Notes: generated by a model from the letters alone, not told the origin. DNA of 58,340 nucleotides from Chromera velia (GCA_018398765.1 JAHBMJ010000060.1:1-58340); one strand, 5' to 3'; shown: positions 25,995-38,532, counted from the first letter of the stretch. Numbers and translations: made by a program.

Positions 25995-26384
25995 GGCTTT
26001 CTATATGATTATTCTCTCATCCTCCGACCTTTCTTTCATCAAGTCCCTTTCCTTTACCCATTTGAGACCAGACTCAGGAGAGCGCCTGATTTCAAACCAT
26101 CTCTCACCACCGTGCAACCTTTTATGCCCTAATACAGGTAGAGGAGGAGAAGAAGAAAAAGAAGAAGAATTAAGAAGAAGAAGAAGAAGAAGAGGAGGAG
26201 GGAGAGGAGGGGGGAGAAGAAGAATCTGAAAAAGAAGAAGGGACGATTTGGGAGGAGCATGCGAGGCGGCAGAGCAAAAAGAAGAAGAATCATCCAGAAT
26301 ATCACGATCTCTCCTTCGTTTCTTTCTCCTCCTTCTCTTGCTGCGTGGGACGAGGAGTGTCAAGGCTGGCACAAAAGAGGAAGG

Positions 26385-27048
26385 TCAATAAATAGGAGGG
26401 AGATCGCCCCGTGGTGAAGAGGACTCAGAGTCAGAAAGGCGTGGCGATCCAGAAAAAGGGGACAGAAAACCCTGTCCCCTCGAGCGAGAAAGCTCATTAG
26501 ATGATGGCGAAGGCCATGAAAGCAAAACTTCACTCGAGCTGCGATTCAGTGCAGGATCAGATCCTTCATCGAGTCCCAGCTCACTCTCATCATAAGCAAA
26601 CAACGAAGAAGAGGAAGAAGACGAAAAATGCGAAGATGCAGAGAGACAAGGTTTTTCGGCCATAGCAGATCCAGAAAGAGGAGAAAAAGAGGAGAGAGAA
26701 AGAGAGTTCACAGGATTTTGAACCTGCATACATGCATTCAATGGGTCAATCAGGCCGGGATGGGGGAGGGGTCCAGCTGGATGGCCTCCCTCCTTCCCAG
26801 CACAACCTGACAAATCTCGCGCGGCCCTATTTCCATTAATCCCTCCCCCCTTTCCTTCTTTCCCCCTACTGCCTGCCGTTGAGGAAGAAGAAGAAGAAGA
26901 AGAAGAAGAAGAAGAAGAAGAAGAAAAAGAGGAAGAAGAAAAAGAGGAAGAAGAAGAAGAAGAAGAAGAAGAAGAAGAAGAAGGAGAAGAAGAAGAAGAA
27001 GAAGAAGAAGAAGAAGGAGAAGAAGAAGAAGAAGAAGAAGAAGGAGAA

Positions 27049-27080
<32 letters not shown>

Positions 27081-29640
27081 AGAAAAAGAAGCAGAAGGGT
27101 CTATCCGATGGCCTGGCCTCTCCCCCCCCTCCCCTCCCTGTCCGTTGCCCCCCTCGTTCCTTCCCTTGGCAGGTCCGGCGGAAGAGGAAGAAAAGAAAAG
27201 AGCAGACAAAGAAGAAGAAGAAGAAAAAGAAGAAGAAGAAGAAGAAGAAGAAGAAGAAAGAGCAGCAGCAGCAGCAGCAGAAAAAGAAGAAGAAGAAGAA
27301 GAAGAAGAAGAAGAAAAAGAAGAAAAAGAAGAAGAAGAAGAAGAAGAAGAAGAAGAAGCAGGAGCAGCAGCAGCAAAAGAAGAAAAAGGAAAAGAAGAAG
27401 AAAAAAAAGAAGAAGACGAAAAAGAAGAAGCAGCAGCAGCAGCAGAAGAAGAAGAAGAGGAAGAAGAAGAAGACAAAGAGGAAGCGGAAGGAGAAGGGGA
27501 GGGAGAAGAAGAGGAAGAAGAAGAAGAAGAAGCAAAGGGGGAAGAATTTTTAAAAAGATTCTGACATTTGCCCTGTCTTCCTAAAGAACAGTTCCAGCAA
27601 GCCCTTTTAAGCTTAGCACACCTACAGTGGTTGCAGGTGCTATTCGCAGCACAACTACATTTGCAGCACTGGGTCCTCTCCTCCTTCGACTTCTTTCTCC
27701 CCGAGGCGTCCAGAGGACCTGGGCCGTCACCCCCTCTTTTGTCTTTTCCTTTTTCATTTTCTCCATTCCCTTTGAAGCTTCTTCTATTACCCTCCTTTCC
27801 TTTCTCCCCCCGTTTATCCGTTCCTTTCCTCGTCTCTTCATTTCCTTTCCCTCCTGTCTTCCCCGTTGGTTGGTTCTTCCCCCCTCCCCCCACCCCAGTG
27901 AGAGAGAGAGGAAGAGGAGGTGAAAGAAAAGGAAAAGAAACATTGCATACATCTGTCACCTTCCATTCGATACCTTCTGCACTCCTGTATTCTTCTTTAT
28001 CCAAAGAGATAATATTGTCAGCTACTTCGAGAGGAGAGTGGCGTGTATTGAGAGTCGATGCATCCGAGAGAGGCGAAGGTGTCCTACCTGTGTGAATGTC
28101 ATATGTGATCACTGGAGAAGATAACGTTCTGTCATACTTTCTTTGTCCGAAGTCTACCGAGAAGGCCTCTCTTCTATATATGTACGAGCCGAGCTTACTG
28201 TGATCGTATACTTCATTCCCTCCCTGCCCACCCAAAAAGTCCTCTATGTCCTCCCCTCCAAGTTGCTGCTTCCCATCCCCTCCCTTGAACCCCCTACCCT
28301 AACTCTTTGGAGTTCCCGTCTCCAACAAATCCGGAGGTCTTTGGCCCCACCTCTTTCCAGAAGGCCATCCGCGAGTCCCTTTCCATGCCCCCCTGAAGTG
28401 TCTCCCTGTTCATCTCCCTCTGCCTTGCCGTGACTTGCACATAGGGGGAGGGAGGGGAAACTGTGTCTTCTCAGAAAAAGCATGAAGGGGAGCGCGATCA
28501 GAAACCTTCCCTACCCCACTGACCAGCGTCGGATAGACCGTGGTTCCCCCCAGCCTATCCGTCCCCCCCTTCCCCAGTCGGTCACTGGGGTCTATATGCT
28601 TGTCGCAGGGTGTCGTCGGTCCAATGGTATGATCATTTCCATCGGAGGTTTCAATAACACAATGTGACAGAGGGAATACCGTTTTTTGGAAAGAGATTTG
28701 AGACCGAAAGGAAAACTTCTTTACATAATTTTCAAGGAGCGCAAACCGGTTTGTAACCGAGACAGGGGAACGTTCCTTCCCTCCCTAAAATACCCCTTCA
28801 CAACGCTTTCCCACCCCCCCTTCAGTCCCTGATCTCAACTACCCCAACAGCCCAACTTTTTCCACAGTCTGGAGGATACAATTCACAGCTTGCTCTCTGC
28901 CCTCAATTTTCTTTCTCTCACTGATTCTGTCTATTTCTTCCTTAAGAGTCTGAATTGCCACTGCTCGTTTCTCCATCTCATACACTAACGCCCTTCTCCT
29001 CATCAGTAAACGACTCAACTTCACACAACCTGCCTCATCATCTCCGAGGGATCCGTTATGTGTCGGCATAGGTGGGGTTCGGATCTTTTTCCCCTCCCCC
29101 AACTTCTTTCAGGCTCGAGGGCCCGGAGGGCCATCACCCTCCTCTTCCCTCAGAGAAATTTTTAATTGGGCTCCTCGAACATTTCTCCATCAGACTCATC
29201 CCCTCCTCCGAGCTTCCCCCACCTTGCTGGAGGGGCTGCTGATGCCGGTGTATCATCTCTCTGTCAGATCTGTCCCCTTCTTGCGGGAGATGTGGGTGGG
29301 GTCTGGTGGGATCGATCAATGTCTGCGAACGAACTGAAGAGGGGCCCGGGCTCCACCACCATCTCCTGCCGTTCCTCTCCCCCCCCGACCGGCACCATGC
29401 CAGCTTGTTCAGAGCCCACACCCCCATTGAGGCCAAGCACGGGTTGGGAATTGGGAAAGAAATGTGGGGCAGGCAGGGGTTAGGGTCCATACAGCATTCC
29501 GTCCGAATACCCCTGGTGGTAAGGGTATGGAGACGGGAAGCTAGACGGGAAGCTGTACATGGGGGCTACCATGGGGGCAGTTATGGGGGTAAGTCGAGCT
29601 ATGGCCTCTGCGGGGGGACCATGGCTCCTGGGGTAGAAAA
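26385..29640 (-). pseudogene. LINE ORF1-like region with a coiled-coil segment, a CXC-like Cys cluster and an expanded poly-Ser tract
   Basis: ORF 28235-26385 contains CKCSCAANSTCNHCRCAKLKRACWNCSLGRQGKCQN. (GAA)n at 26880-27540 encodes poly-Ser on the - strand. The upstream pieces (29102-28839 etc.) are interrupted. Confidence 0.6.
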
Positions 29641-31337
29641 CCATAGACGCCCCTTACAGCCTGGGAGGTGTATTCGCGGTATGCAGGGCCTATAACAAAT
29701 TATGTAACAATCTTATATACTAAGTAAGAATCAGCCTAGGAATTAATCTTGGTTGAAAACTAGGTTGAGACCCTACTACTATCTGGTCAATTCTTGAGTA
29801 ATTTACATAGGGATATAATGGATCAATGTTTGAATTTAAACTGCAGCAAACTTGAACGCCACCACTTCTAGAAACGGGTTTTATTCTAGGTTTTATTGTA
29901 TATTTTTCCTGCATGTCACAGGTACAAAACCTAGCAAAAAACGTGAATGACTACATTTTTTTTTTTTAAAATGAGATGTAGGTTTTGATAGATTGCTTGT
30001 AAGTCTAGAGGTCACTCTCGACATATAAACCGCCCAATTTTGTATCACAAATAATAAACCAGAGAATTAAAACGGTTTTTTAAATATTTTTCTTTTTTTT
30101 AATTATGGCATTCATGATCAATAGGCAAACAACTGTTGTTCAAGTTTAAGTGTTATAAGAGTGTTGCACGGGGTGTTGCATAAGTTGCATTAAAAACCAT
30201 ATACTTTTCAGTTAATAAAAAAAAAAATAAAAGATTGGAAACTTTAGTTGAAGTATAGGGTGCGAGTAGGTACAAGCCTGCTGGGCAGCGATGCTTACGG
30301 ACCCACCGGGCTGAGCGTGCAAGCCGAGCTGCATGGGCCGCCGCGAGTATGCAAGCCGAGCGGCGTGGGCCACCGGGGCGGAACGTTTCCATGTGAATCC
30401 GATTTCTGCCGTGCGCATTTAGCATCAGCTGAATCAGATTGACTCACATCGTGCAGAACTAGCTGATCGACTAACTGATCGAATGCCTTTCGGCTGTTCG
30501 TTCTACTCTGCCTTGACGGAGAGACTATTTCATGAAGTAGTTCCACCATCATGGAGATCTAGCTCTACATTCCATTTGACCATCTCTTTGATCATTCTCT
30601 TTTACTTTCTCTTTTTTCTTTTTTGTTTTATTTATGGAGTGCAGAGCCTAGGATTGAATTCTGTGCATACATTTCTCTGCATATGCAGCCTGCCGAACGC
30701 TAGACGCCTACCATAGGCCGATGGTGACGGCGTATGGTGATGATGTCATGATGATAATGATGATGCATGCAGCTGGCATCTAGTTGGCCATATCATCCCC
30801 GGCCCATATGTTACGCCAACGTATTGCTTTCATGTGATTCGTTTACTTTGAGTCAGACCCTGGCTCCAGCTGGTTTCCTTTTTGAAGGCTTTTTCCTGGT
30901 AGAACTTTCTCACTGGAAAGTGCCCTTCCTGAATAAGGCTAACGTGATTTCAGAAGCAAAAACAATTTCCGGGTCAACTTTTTGAACAAATCACAGATTC
31001 ACGCTCTGAAGGAAGAGAGCCAGGCTCGGCATTTCAAACTCCCCTACTAACTAACGGACTAACGTACTTGCAAAAGAGATTGATGACCATTCAGGCAAGG
31101 CACTTGGTTCCTCAAAAATTGCACTCATGAGTCAAAGTCCAGCAAGGAACCAACGAAGGCAGGAAGAAAATCACCAAAACAAATTAGCAAACTACAAAAC
31201 GAGAGAAAAACTTTGAACGATAGGGATACAAAAACACTGCATGTCTGCATACAGTGCTTGATTGAAGACCGTCCTGCCGTCAGTCAGTCTTCATGTCGGT
31301 TCTGCTTCATGAGGGCAATCCGACGAGTCGATCTGTT

Positions 31338-31369
<32 letters not shown>

Positions 31370-31578
31370 TTCTTTCTTTCTTTCTTTCTTTCCTTCCTTC
31401 CTTCCTTCTTTCTTTCTGTCTCTCTTCCTTTCTTCCCTCCTTTCTGTCTTCCTTTGTCTCTTTGTCTCCGCCGTCTCCTTTCCAATGGCTCATTTTTTGT
31501 TTTGTCTCTGTCCTCTCTTTTCAATCAAGTTGTGACCGTTCTCCAATCTCCCCCCTCCTCTTCCCTTCTTCCTTCCCA

Positions 31579-31685
31579 TCAGCTGAGCTGGCTCTTCGTC
31601 TCAGAGGGCAGTTCCACTGTCAACCCTGCAGGGAAGCAGGCAGGCAGGCAGGTAGACGATTCAGTTGATCAATCGACCAACAGAG

Positions 31686-31749
<64 letters not shown>

Positions 31750-33091
31750 TCAGCCAGCAATCGGCAGGTTTTCATTCAGATAATCCGAAACGATCGTGAT
31801 GCATGCAGTTGGTGCGACAAGAAACACAAAAATCAAGATTTAGAAGAAGGGAGGAAAGAAGGAGAGAAGGAAGGAAAGACGGAAAGAAGAAAAGAAGGGA
31901 AGAAGGGAGGAAAGAGGGGCAGAAGGAAGGAAAGAAGGGAGGAGGAAAGAAATAACGAAACGAAGGGGGGGCCTATTAGGAGACAGAGACGGGACCAGAT
32001 GATGCCCAGATAGACAAACAGAAAGGCTCACATGGAGAGGAATGCACACCTAGTGTCGGGCATCTATTGGGGAAGACTGTCTGCCTCTTCCTCAAAGGCA
32101 AACAGTGCAACTGAGAAAAGGCGAAGTACTTTGAGGTATTTTTCTACTATCAATACTATGGGTCTGGCGTCAGGCCGAGGTCACACGACGGCTAAGGAGA
32201 CAGAAAGGAGATAGACACGGACAAAAACATTCACAGACTGACGACGCCAACTGACTGGAAGGCACAAACACGTGCGGCAGAAAGCTGAAAAGGAAGCCGA
32301 CCGAATTTGTGTTGACAGCCAACAGTCGAGAGGAGAGAAAAGAAAGAAGAGACTTCCAAAGTTAAAGTTTGCACCTGAAGAGGGACGTTTTTTTTTCGGC
32401 TCTGCATTTTCCGCTTTCCCGTCAGATTACAGTCGACAGAACTTTCACTACAAATATTTCACTATCTCATTCTAACATCACTCTCTGCACTTTTTCCTGC
32501 GGAGTCATTTTCAAATTTGAAAACCCGAAGCCAGAAAGATTGCCCGGACCCTCACTCGCATTGAATTGAGATCATTTGCCTAGTCACTCACCACTGTTCT
32601 CTGCCTTCAATCGGATCTGACACCCGAGTCGTGACCTGCACACAGACAGAGAGACAAGATTTTTTTTTTCTTCTTCTTTTCACACAGAATTCTTTTTCTT
32701 CTTTTTCTGTATGAGAATAAACACATCTGACACCCGAGTCGTGACCTGCACTCAGACAGACAGAGAGAAAGGAAAAAAAGAAAGGAAGAAAGTTCGGACT
32801 CCATGCATGAGCAGCAGGATTGAGAGACAGAAAGGCCGACAAGCAGCAACGCATTCCATGATTAAATCAAATCCGCAAAAGTTCTTCTCACATCTTAGCA
32901 GTTTCAACAAACCGATTAAAGAACGAACGGACAAACGAACCAAATGAGAGGATGGATGGATGGATGCGCGTGCAGGACTTCTCGTTGTATGGGCTCTCTT
33001 TCGGCCTTTTTTTTTTCTTTCTTTTTTTCGTTCGTTCGTTCTTTCGTTCGTTCTTTCTTTCTTTCTGGGGTAAGGGGCTGGGGGGGGACCG

Positions 33092-33164
<73 letters not shown>

Positions 33165-33577
33165 ATTCCTCCACCCCTCGTTCATGCTGCCTGCTCAAAA
33201 AAGACACGCATCAACACCTCTCGATCCGCTGACTCACTCACTCACTCACTCACTCACTCACTCATTCACTCACTCATTCACTGGCTCACGCACTTCCTCA
33301 CTCACTCACTCACTCACGTGTCGGTCACTCCCACTGCCAAGTCCAGCATGTCAAGCTCTTCCTCGTCGGGCTCGCCCATCTCCTCGAAGTCCTCTTTCTG
33401 CGTTCGTCGGTCCGGTGCATGCGTGCATGGTCAGTTGGGTGGAAGGTCGCTGGAGTTTTGTACATGCGTGCACACATGCAAGCACGCCACCGCTGAAGAC
33501 ATGCGTTTACCCCTAGACTGACTCGCAAACGCACGCAAGCATACGTGCGTCTATAAACCTACATTAGGACATGCAAC

Positions 33578-33613
<36 letters not shown>

Positions 33614-34074
33614 ATTTACATAAAAATGCGTGAGTGCGTCTGTGGGACTGTGCGCCAAAGGGGCATGAAAAAGCGAGCCGACACACGGACACAAGCAGAT
33701 TAGAACAGGAGATGCGAGAGAGACGGGCAAGGGCTCAGAGTGAAGACAAAAGGCACGTGCCCCAAGAGAGATGACACAAAAGAGACAGTCAATCTTTTTT
33801 ATTCTTCCCTCTCTTCTGATTCTTGTGCATACAACAGACAGACAGGTAGATAGGCAGGCAGGGAGGCAGGCAGGGAGAAGCAACAAACAGTGTGTTCTGA
33901 AGCGGTAGAAAGAAGGACAGCCACTCCCTCGATCCATGAAACTGAAAAGAAAAGAAGAAAGAAAAAAAGAAAGAAAGACTGACTGACCGGCTGGCTGGCT
34001 GGCTGACTGACTGACTGACTGAGTGAGTGAGTGACTGACTGACTGACTGACTGACTGGCTGGCTGGCTGGCTGG

Positions 34075-34107
<33 letters not shown>

Positions 34108-34253
34108 TGAATCAATGAATGAACAAACGAGCGAAAGAACGAACGAACGAAAGAAAGAACGAACGAACGAACGAACGAATGAATGAATGAATGAATGAAT
34201 GGCAGAATGAAAGAAGGGGAAGGAGAAAACACAAAGCAACCAAGCAAGCAAGC

Positions 34254-34288
<35 letters not shown>

Positions 34289-35887
34289 GAAGGAAGGACG
34301 GACGGACGGACGGACGGACGGAAGGAAGGAAGGAAAGAAGGAAGGAAGGGAAGGAACGAAGGGAAGAACAGAGACCCATCCATCCCCACCTTCAGGATAA
34401 TGTGGCACGTCGAGCACGCACATTGCCCTCCACAAGCTCCTGCATTTGCATTCGTGTGTGGGGACACAAAAGTCCAAGAAGAAAGAGACGGAACTAGGAG
34501 GTGGGGTGCATGTATAAATAACTCAATGAATGAATGAACGGATAGATGCATGGAACGGATAGATGCATGGATGGATTGATGGATAGGAAGGAAGATAGAC
34601 ATAAATAGATGGATACATGCATCGATAGACATGCAGACAGATCCAGAGAGAGACCGCGCAGAGAGAGAATCGGACAGACAGACAGACCTTCAATCGGAAC
34701 GTCATTCTCGAAGGCGACGTCGAGCATGCTCTGCCCCGGCTGCAGGAAAAATGAATAAAGGAAGATGACCACCCCTCAATCCATCCATCCATGCATCCTT
34801 GGATGCTCGAACGAATCCAATCCACCTTCAGGCATGTCCGGAAGAGATTGCATGATGGGAAGGTAGAGCGAGAGAGAGAGAAAGAGAGAAAGAGGAACCT
34901 AGTTTCTTTCTTCCTTCCTCCCCCCCTTTCCTCCTTCTTTCCTTTCTTCCTTTCTTCCTTTCTTCCTTTCTTCCTTTCTTCCTTTCTTCCTTTCTTCCTT
35001 TCTTCCTTCCTTCCTTCCTTCCTTCTTTCCTTCCTTCCTTGCTTCCTTCCTTCCTTGCTTCCTTCCTTCCTTCTTTCCTTCCTTCCTTCCTTCCTTCCTC
35101 CCTCTCTCCACTGATCGAGAGCGCATTCCTATCTGGAACAAGTACTGCCTAACTCTTCCTGCATGCCTCTACGTCTCTCTCTGTTCATGAGTACAAAATC
35201 CTTGTTGCTTCCCCAAGGTCTCGCCCCCGCGCGTCGCCTTTCACTTGTTTCTTCGACAATCTCCTTACTGGTTATCCAAGCACACGCGAACTTATTCCTC
35301 TCGATCTATCTGTGCCTCTCTGTCTGCTTGGCTTTATACAGAATCTTGTATTAAAACCAACTTACTCCTCTCGATCTATCTGTGCCTCTCTGTCTGCTTG
35401 CCTTTATACAGAATCATGTCTGAAAACGAACTTATTCCTCTCGATCTGTCTGTGCCTCTCTGTCTGCTTGCCCTTATACAGAATCATGTCTGAAAACGAA
35501 CTTATTCCTCTCGATCTATCTGTGCCTCTCTGTCTGCTTGCCTTTATCCAGAATTATGTCTGAAAACGAACTTATTCCTCTCGATCTGTCTGTGCCTTTC
35601 TATCTGCTTGCCTGCAATGCATCAATCCGCATGCGTTCTTCGCATGGCTGTGGAATGCTAGGACCATTCCAACTTACCCTATATGAACAGCTCCACGATT
35701 TCTCTCCACTATGAGAGACGAACGTAACAAAGGTCTCCCCGGGCGCACTCGAAAAAGTACGGGAGAACTGCACAGCGCCTGCAGCTACAGGTTGCCTTAG
35801 TGATAGTTTGGGTCGGTGTGTAGGCACAGAAGGCAGGCTCTTCTGAAGCCCGGTCAGAAACCTCCGATTGATGGTTTGTTTGAGCAT
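31579..35887 (-). CDS. Mitochondrial 2Fe-2S ferredoxin (adrenodoxin/Yah1 type), 6 exons, 160 aa
   Basis: Exons 35887-35678 (basic mitochondrial presequence), 34739-34688 (PGQSMLDVAFENDVPIE), 34439-34390 (GACGGQCACSTCHII), 33397-33318 (PDEEELDMLDLAVGVTD), 32635-32592 (TSRLGCQIRL) and 31625-31579 (GLTVELPSETKSQLS*). Total 483 nt, in frame. Confidence 0.95.
35288..35613. repeat. 70-bp minisatellite, ~4.6 copies, in ferredoxin intron 1
   Basis: Unit gaacttattcctctcgatctatctgtgcctctctgtctgcttgcctttatacagaatcatgtctgaaaac starts at 35288, 35358, 35428, 35498 and 35568. Confidence 0.95.
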
Positions 35888-36099
35888 TTCTGCCCTTTCT
35901 TGAGGAGACGGGATAAGCAAAAAGTCGGAAAAGAAGGGGCACTCGAGGCTTAGCACGACAGTTTTGTGCTTTGCACAAAAAGGAGCAAGACACTTGTAGA
36001 CTCGTGGACGAGAATTGAACGTTACCTCTGATGACCTCTGGCAGGCCTGAGCTGACAGTCACAGGCAGAAGTGATCGAGGAAGCTCGACTTCGCGCAAT

Positions 36100-36300
36100 G
36101 ATCTGACATGCAGAGAGTTCGCCTGCATGCGTAGACGGCATGTAGACGATTGATGACGATTGCATGCTGCTCGGAGCGGGTGCGATGCCGGTGCATGCGC
36201 GTGCATGCATGCGTCAGCTTTGGCTCGGACATGCATGGCTCGGACTGCATGGCACCAATGATGCATCGATCTTACGATCGATCAATGTCAGATCTTGTCA
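36100..36300. promoter_or_regulatory. Putative bidirectional promoter with a dense TGCATG(CA) cluster
   Basis: Lies between divergent starts at 35887 (-) and 36658 (+). Contains e.g. gtgcatgcgcgtgcatgcatgcgtc at 36191-36215 and several further copies. Confidence 0.55.
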
Positions 36301-36657
36301 GAGTTCAATTCAGTCATGTCAAATTGGGTCAATTATATAAGCAAAAGTCAGCGACTGTTACAGCGTCAGATTCATCTCGGTCCAACAGAAACGACTCCGC
36401 GTCTGTGTGATTCGAAAGCTTGCAAAGGCCTCTTTGAAACTTAGGCGTTGCAGCCTGACTCGACGATAAAACGATATAGAGAAGCCTGCATACTGATCTT
36501 TAGAACAAGTGTGCGTGCACCTTGGACACCCTAGAAGGGACGTAGCCTGGCTCGAAAGCTTCGCCACGTGCCTGGTGTGTAGAGATGCTGGTGGAGCTTT
36601 CCGAGAACTTTCAGTCTCCAGGCAGGGGCCCTCTGCTTGACATGAGACAAACAACAG

Positions 36658-38532
36658 ATGCATGAAGATACGAAGAGCGAAGAAAATCAACAGCTTTTGC
36701 AGAGAGACCCTGCGAGGCGCTTCACAGCGCCTGAGGCGCAGCACGGCATGGCGTTTGCAGAGGGAGAAGCCAAAGAGAAGGACACGAGGATGAGTGCGTT
36801 CCTGAGTGCGGACACGTACAGTTTGATGATGATCGCCTTCCTTCCCTGGGGTTTCTGGGCAAAGAAAGGAACCAGTAGGGTCAGGGTAGCTGCACCCACT
36901 GCGTTTGGTCTGTGCCTTCTGTCCGTCTGTCTTCAGTTTTTCTGTCTGGTGTGTCTGGCACCTTCCATGTTTATTTTGGATGAAAAACTGGAGCCGGAGA
37001 ATGAATCAAAAGATCTCAGTCTGGTCGACAACATGAAATCCCAACTGTTGCTCCAAGTCGACATCTTGTCTAAAGAGACAGCATTGTTCTCTTTTGTGAA
37101 GGTGGTCGGTATGATTCTTTTGCTTCTCAGCTGTTTCAATGAGATTGGGGACAAAGCAAGGGGTCTTGTGCTTTTTTGGCAAATTCCCCCAAGGGGTTTT
37201 CTTTGGTTCTTTCCCTGGCTGGTGGGCCTTGCGGGTTTCTTTTTCGTCCAAGTGCTTGTGATCGTCGTTTGTCTTCCCCTCGTTGTCCAGGCAGAAGCCG
37301 CACAGGACGTGATGCTGAACTGTGTCGCTGCTGTGTTCGTCATGGAAGTAGACAACCTTGTGACGAGATTTTTCTTTTCCTCCAATGGATTTGAGTGGAC
37401 AGACGAATGGGAGGTGGGAAGAGAATTGACTGACAAAGAGGTTGACGAAGTTAGAAAGAAAATGAATAGAACGGGAAGGGGGGATGTTTTAGACAGTCGG
37501 TCGTTTGCGTATGGAGCTGAGAGAGCAAAAAACTTCACTCTCCTTGCTACCATGCTGCGTACTGTGGTCACAGCAGTTGTCGGGACGATTGCTTTTTTTC
37601 CTTTCGCCCTCGCATTGTGTCCCGAAAAGAAGTTGACGCAGGAAGGAATCGAGACCACACTTCTGCTCACTGCAGTGTTTGCACTCCCTTTCCTTGGTCA
37701 AGTGATTTTGCTCCTGGCCAACACTGTCGATTGGCAAGAAATATTCGCTGACAATCAGAAGTACCATTATGGTTTTTGGGCGTTTATCAATTTTTACATG
37801 ATCGTGTGGGGGCTCTCGTGCTTCCTTGCACTCGCCTTGATCATCACGCATCTTCGAGACCCCTCGTCATCCTTCACCCTCATATCCTTCCACGGTGCCT
37901 TCTACAGCATCGTAATCCCCCTCATGACCCCCTTGAAGATGGTTGTGATTCCCTCGATCGTCTCCCTCCTGAAGGACGTCACAAGGATGAAATTCTACGG
38001 GAAATTCGCGTGGTTCTTCTCCCTCTCTGGGATTAGAACAGACACCGTGACTGCACAGGAGATGGAGAGGGGGAATCTGCAGATAAATAAAGACGTGGAT
38101 GTCGTCAAACTCTGGTTGTTTGGAACCCTGACAGGGGAAGAGAGACTGAGAGAGATTCAGATTTTCTCCCTCTCCCCCAAAGCAGCAATAGATGCCTTCC
38201 AGATGCTCCCAAAAGATCTTGACAATCTGCTTATCGGGACTTGCGATTTCACCCCGCCTGTCTGGGCAGCGCTTGCTGAGGTCCTCCCTGGCCTCCGGTC
38301 CTTGACTCAGCTCTGGCTTGAGGCTTGTGATATCGAAAATGAGAGTGCGCTTGTCCTCTTTGCCTCCTTGCCCCGATCGCTTAGAATTCTGAAAGCCGGT
38401 TACAATAAATTTGAGCAGAGCGCTTGGGAGGTCGTGGAAGAGAAAGTGAAGAAAGGGGAGCTGCCCGCTCTTTCTGAAGTCTCGACTGATGCGCCACAGT
38501 CTCTTCAGGATGCGATCGGTCAGAACGTGTAG
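36658..38532 (+). CDS. Intronless polytopic membrane protein with C-terminal RNI-like leucine-rich repeats, 624 aa
   Basis: Long, compositionally complex ORF with about 8-9 hydrophobic segments in the first ~440 aa. The C-terminus has LRR-like LPGLRSLTQLWLEACDI and LPRSLRILKAGYNKF. Confidence 0.8.
   Translation: MHEDTKSEENQQLLQRDPARRFTAPEAQHGMAFAEGEAKEKDTRMSAFLSADTYSLMMIAFLPWGFWAKKGTSRVRVAAPTAFGLCLLSVCLQFFCLVCLAPSMFILDEKLEPENESKDLSLVDNMKSQLLLQVDILSKETALFSFVKVVGMILLLLSCFNEIGDKARGLVLFWQIPPRGFLWFFPWLVGLAGFFFVQVLVIVVCLPLVVQAEAAQDVMLNCVAAVFVMEVDNLVTRFFFSSNGFEWTDEWEVGRELTDKEVDEVRKKMNRTGRGDVLDSRSFAYGAERAKNFTLLATMLRTVVTAVVGTIAFFPFALALCPEKKLTQEGIETTLLLTAVFALPFLGQVILLLANTVDWQEIFADNQKYHYGFWAFINFYMIVWGLSCFLALALIITHLRDPSSSFTLISFHGAFYSIVIPLMTPLKMVVIPSIVSLLKDVTRMKFYGKFAWFFSLSGIRTDTVTAQEMERGNLQINKDVDVVKLWLFGTLTGEERLREIQIFSLSPKAAIDAFQMLPKDLDNLLIGTCDFTPPVWAALAEVLPGLRSLTQLWLEACDIENESALVLFASLPRSLRILKAGYNKFEQSAWEVVEEKVKKGELPALSEVSTDAPQSLQDAIGQNV

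Larger units (their letters stand above)
21995..29690 (-). mobile_element. Decayed non-LTR (LINE) retrotransposon: ORF1 + APE endonuclease-RT ORF2, (TTCA)n 3' tail
   Basis: APE motifs CFAYINMGGL, VLVETQH, SGGICILVK (~25900-25650) and SVVDYALV, SDYDHASI (~25180-25070). RT motifs DFSKAFDSIPR, GVKQGDVLSPSLFLLFIND and YADDLVL (24247-23342). In-frame TAG at 24250-24248 and several frameshifts. The tail reads tgaatgaatgaatgaa on the + strand at ~21998-22013. The 5' boundary is approximate. Confidence 0.9.

Noticed and set aside
26879..27584. Poly-K, poly-E and poly-R ORFs on the + strand
   Set aside because: Antisense readings of the (TTC)n poly-Ser tract in LINE ORF1
21985..29720. Target-site duplication for the LINE
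   Set aside because: No convincing direct repeat seen at both ends, so the 5' boundary remains approximate
35288..35613. Regularly spaced repeats suggestive of a CRISPR array
   Set aside because: The whole 70-bp unit repeats with no unique spacers, there are no cas genes, and it lies in a eukaryotic intron
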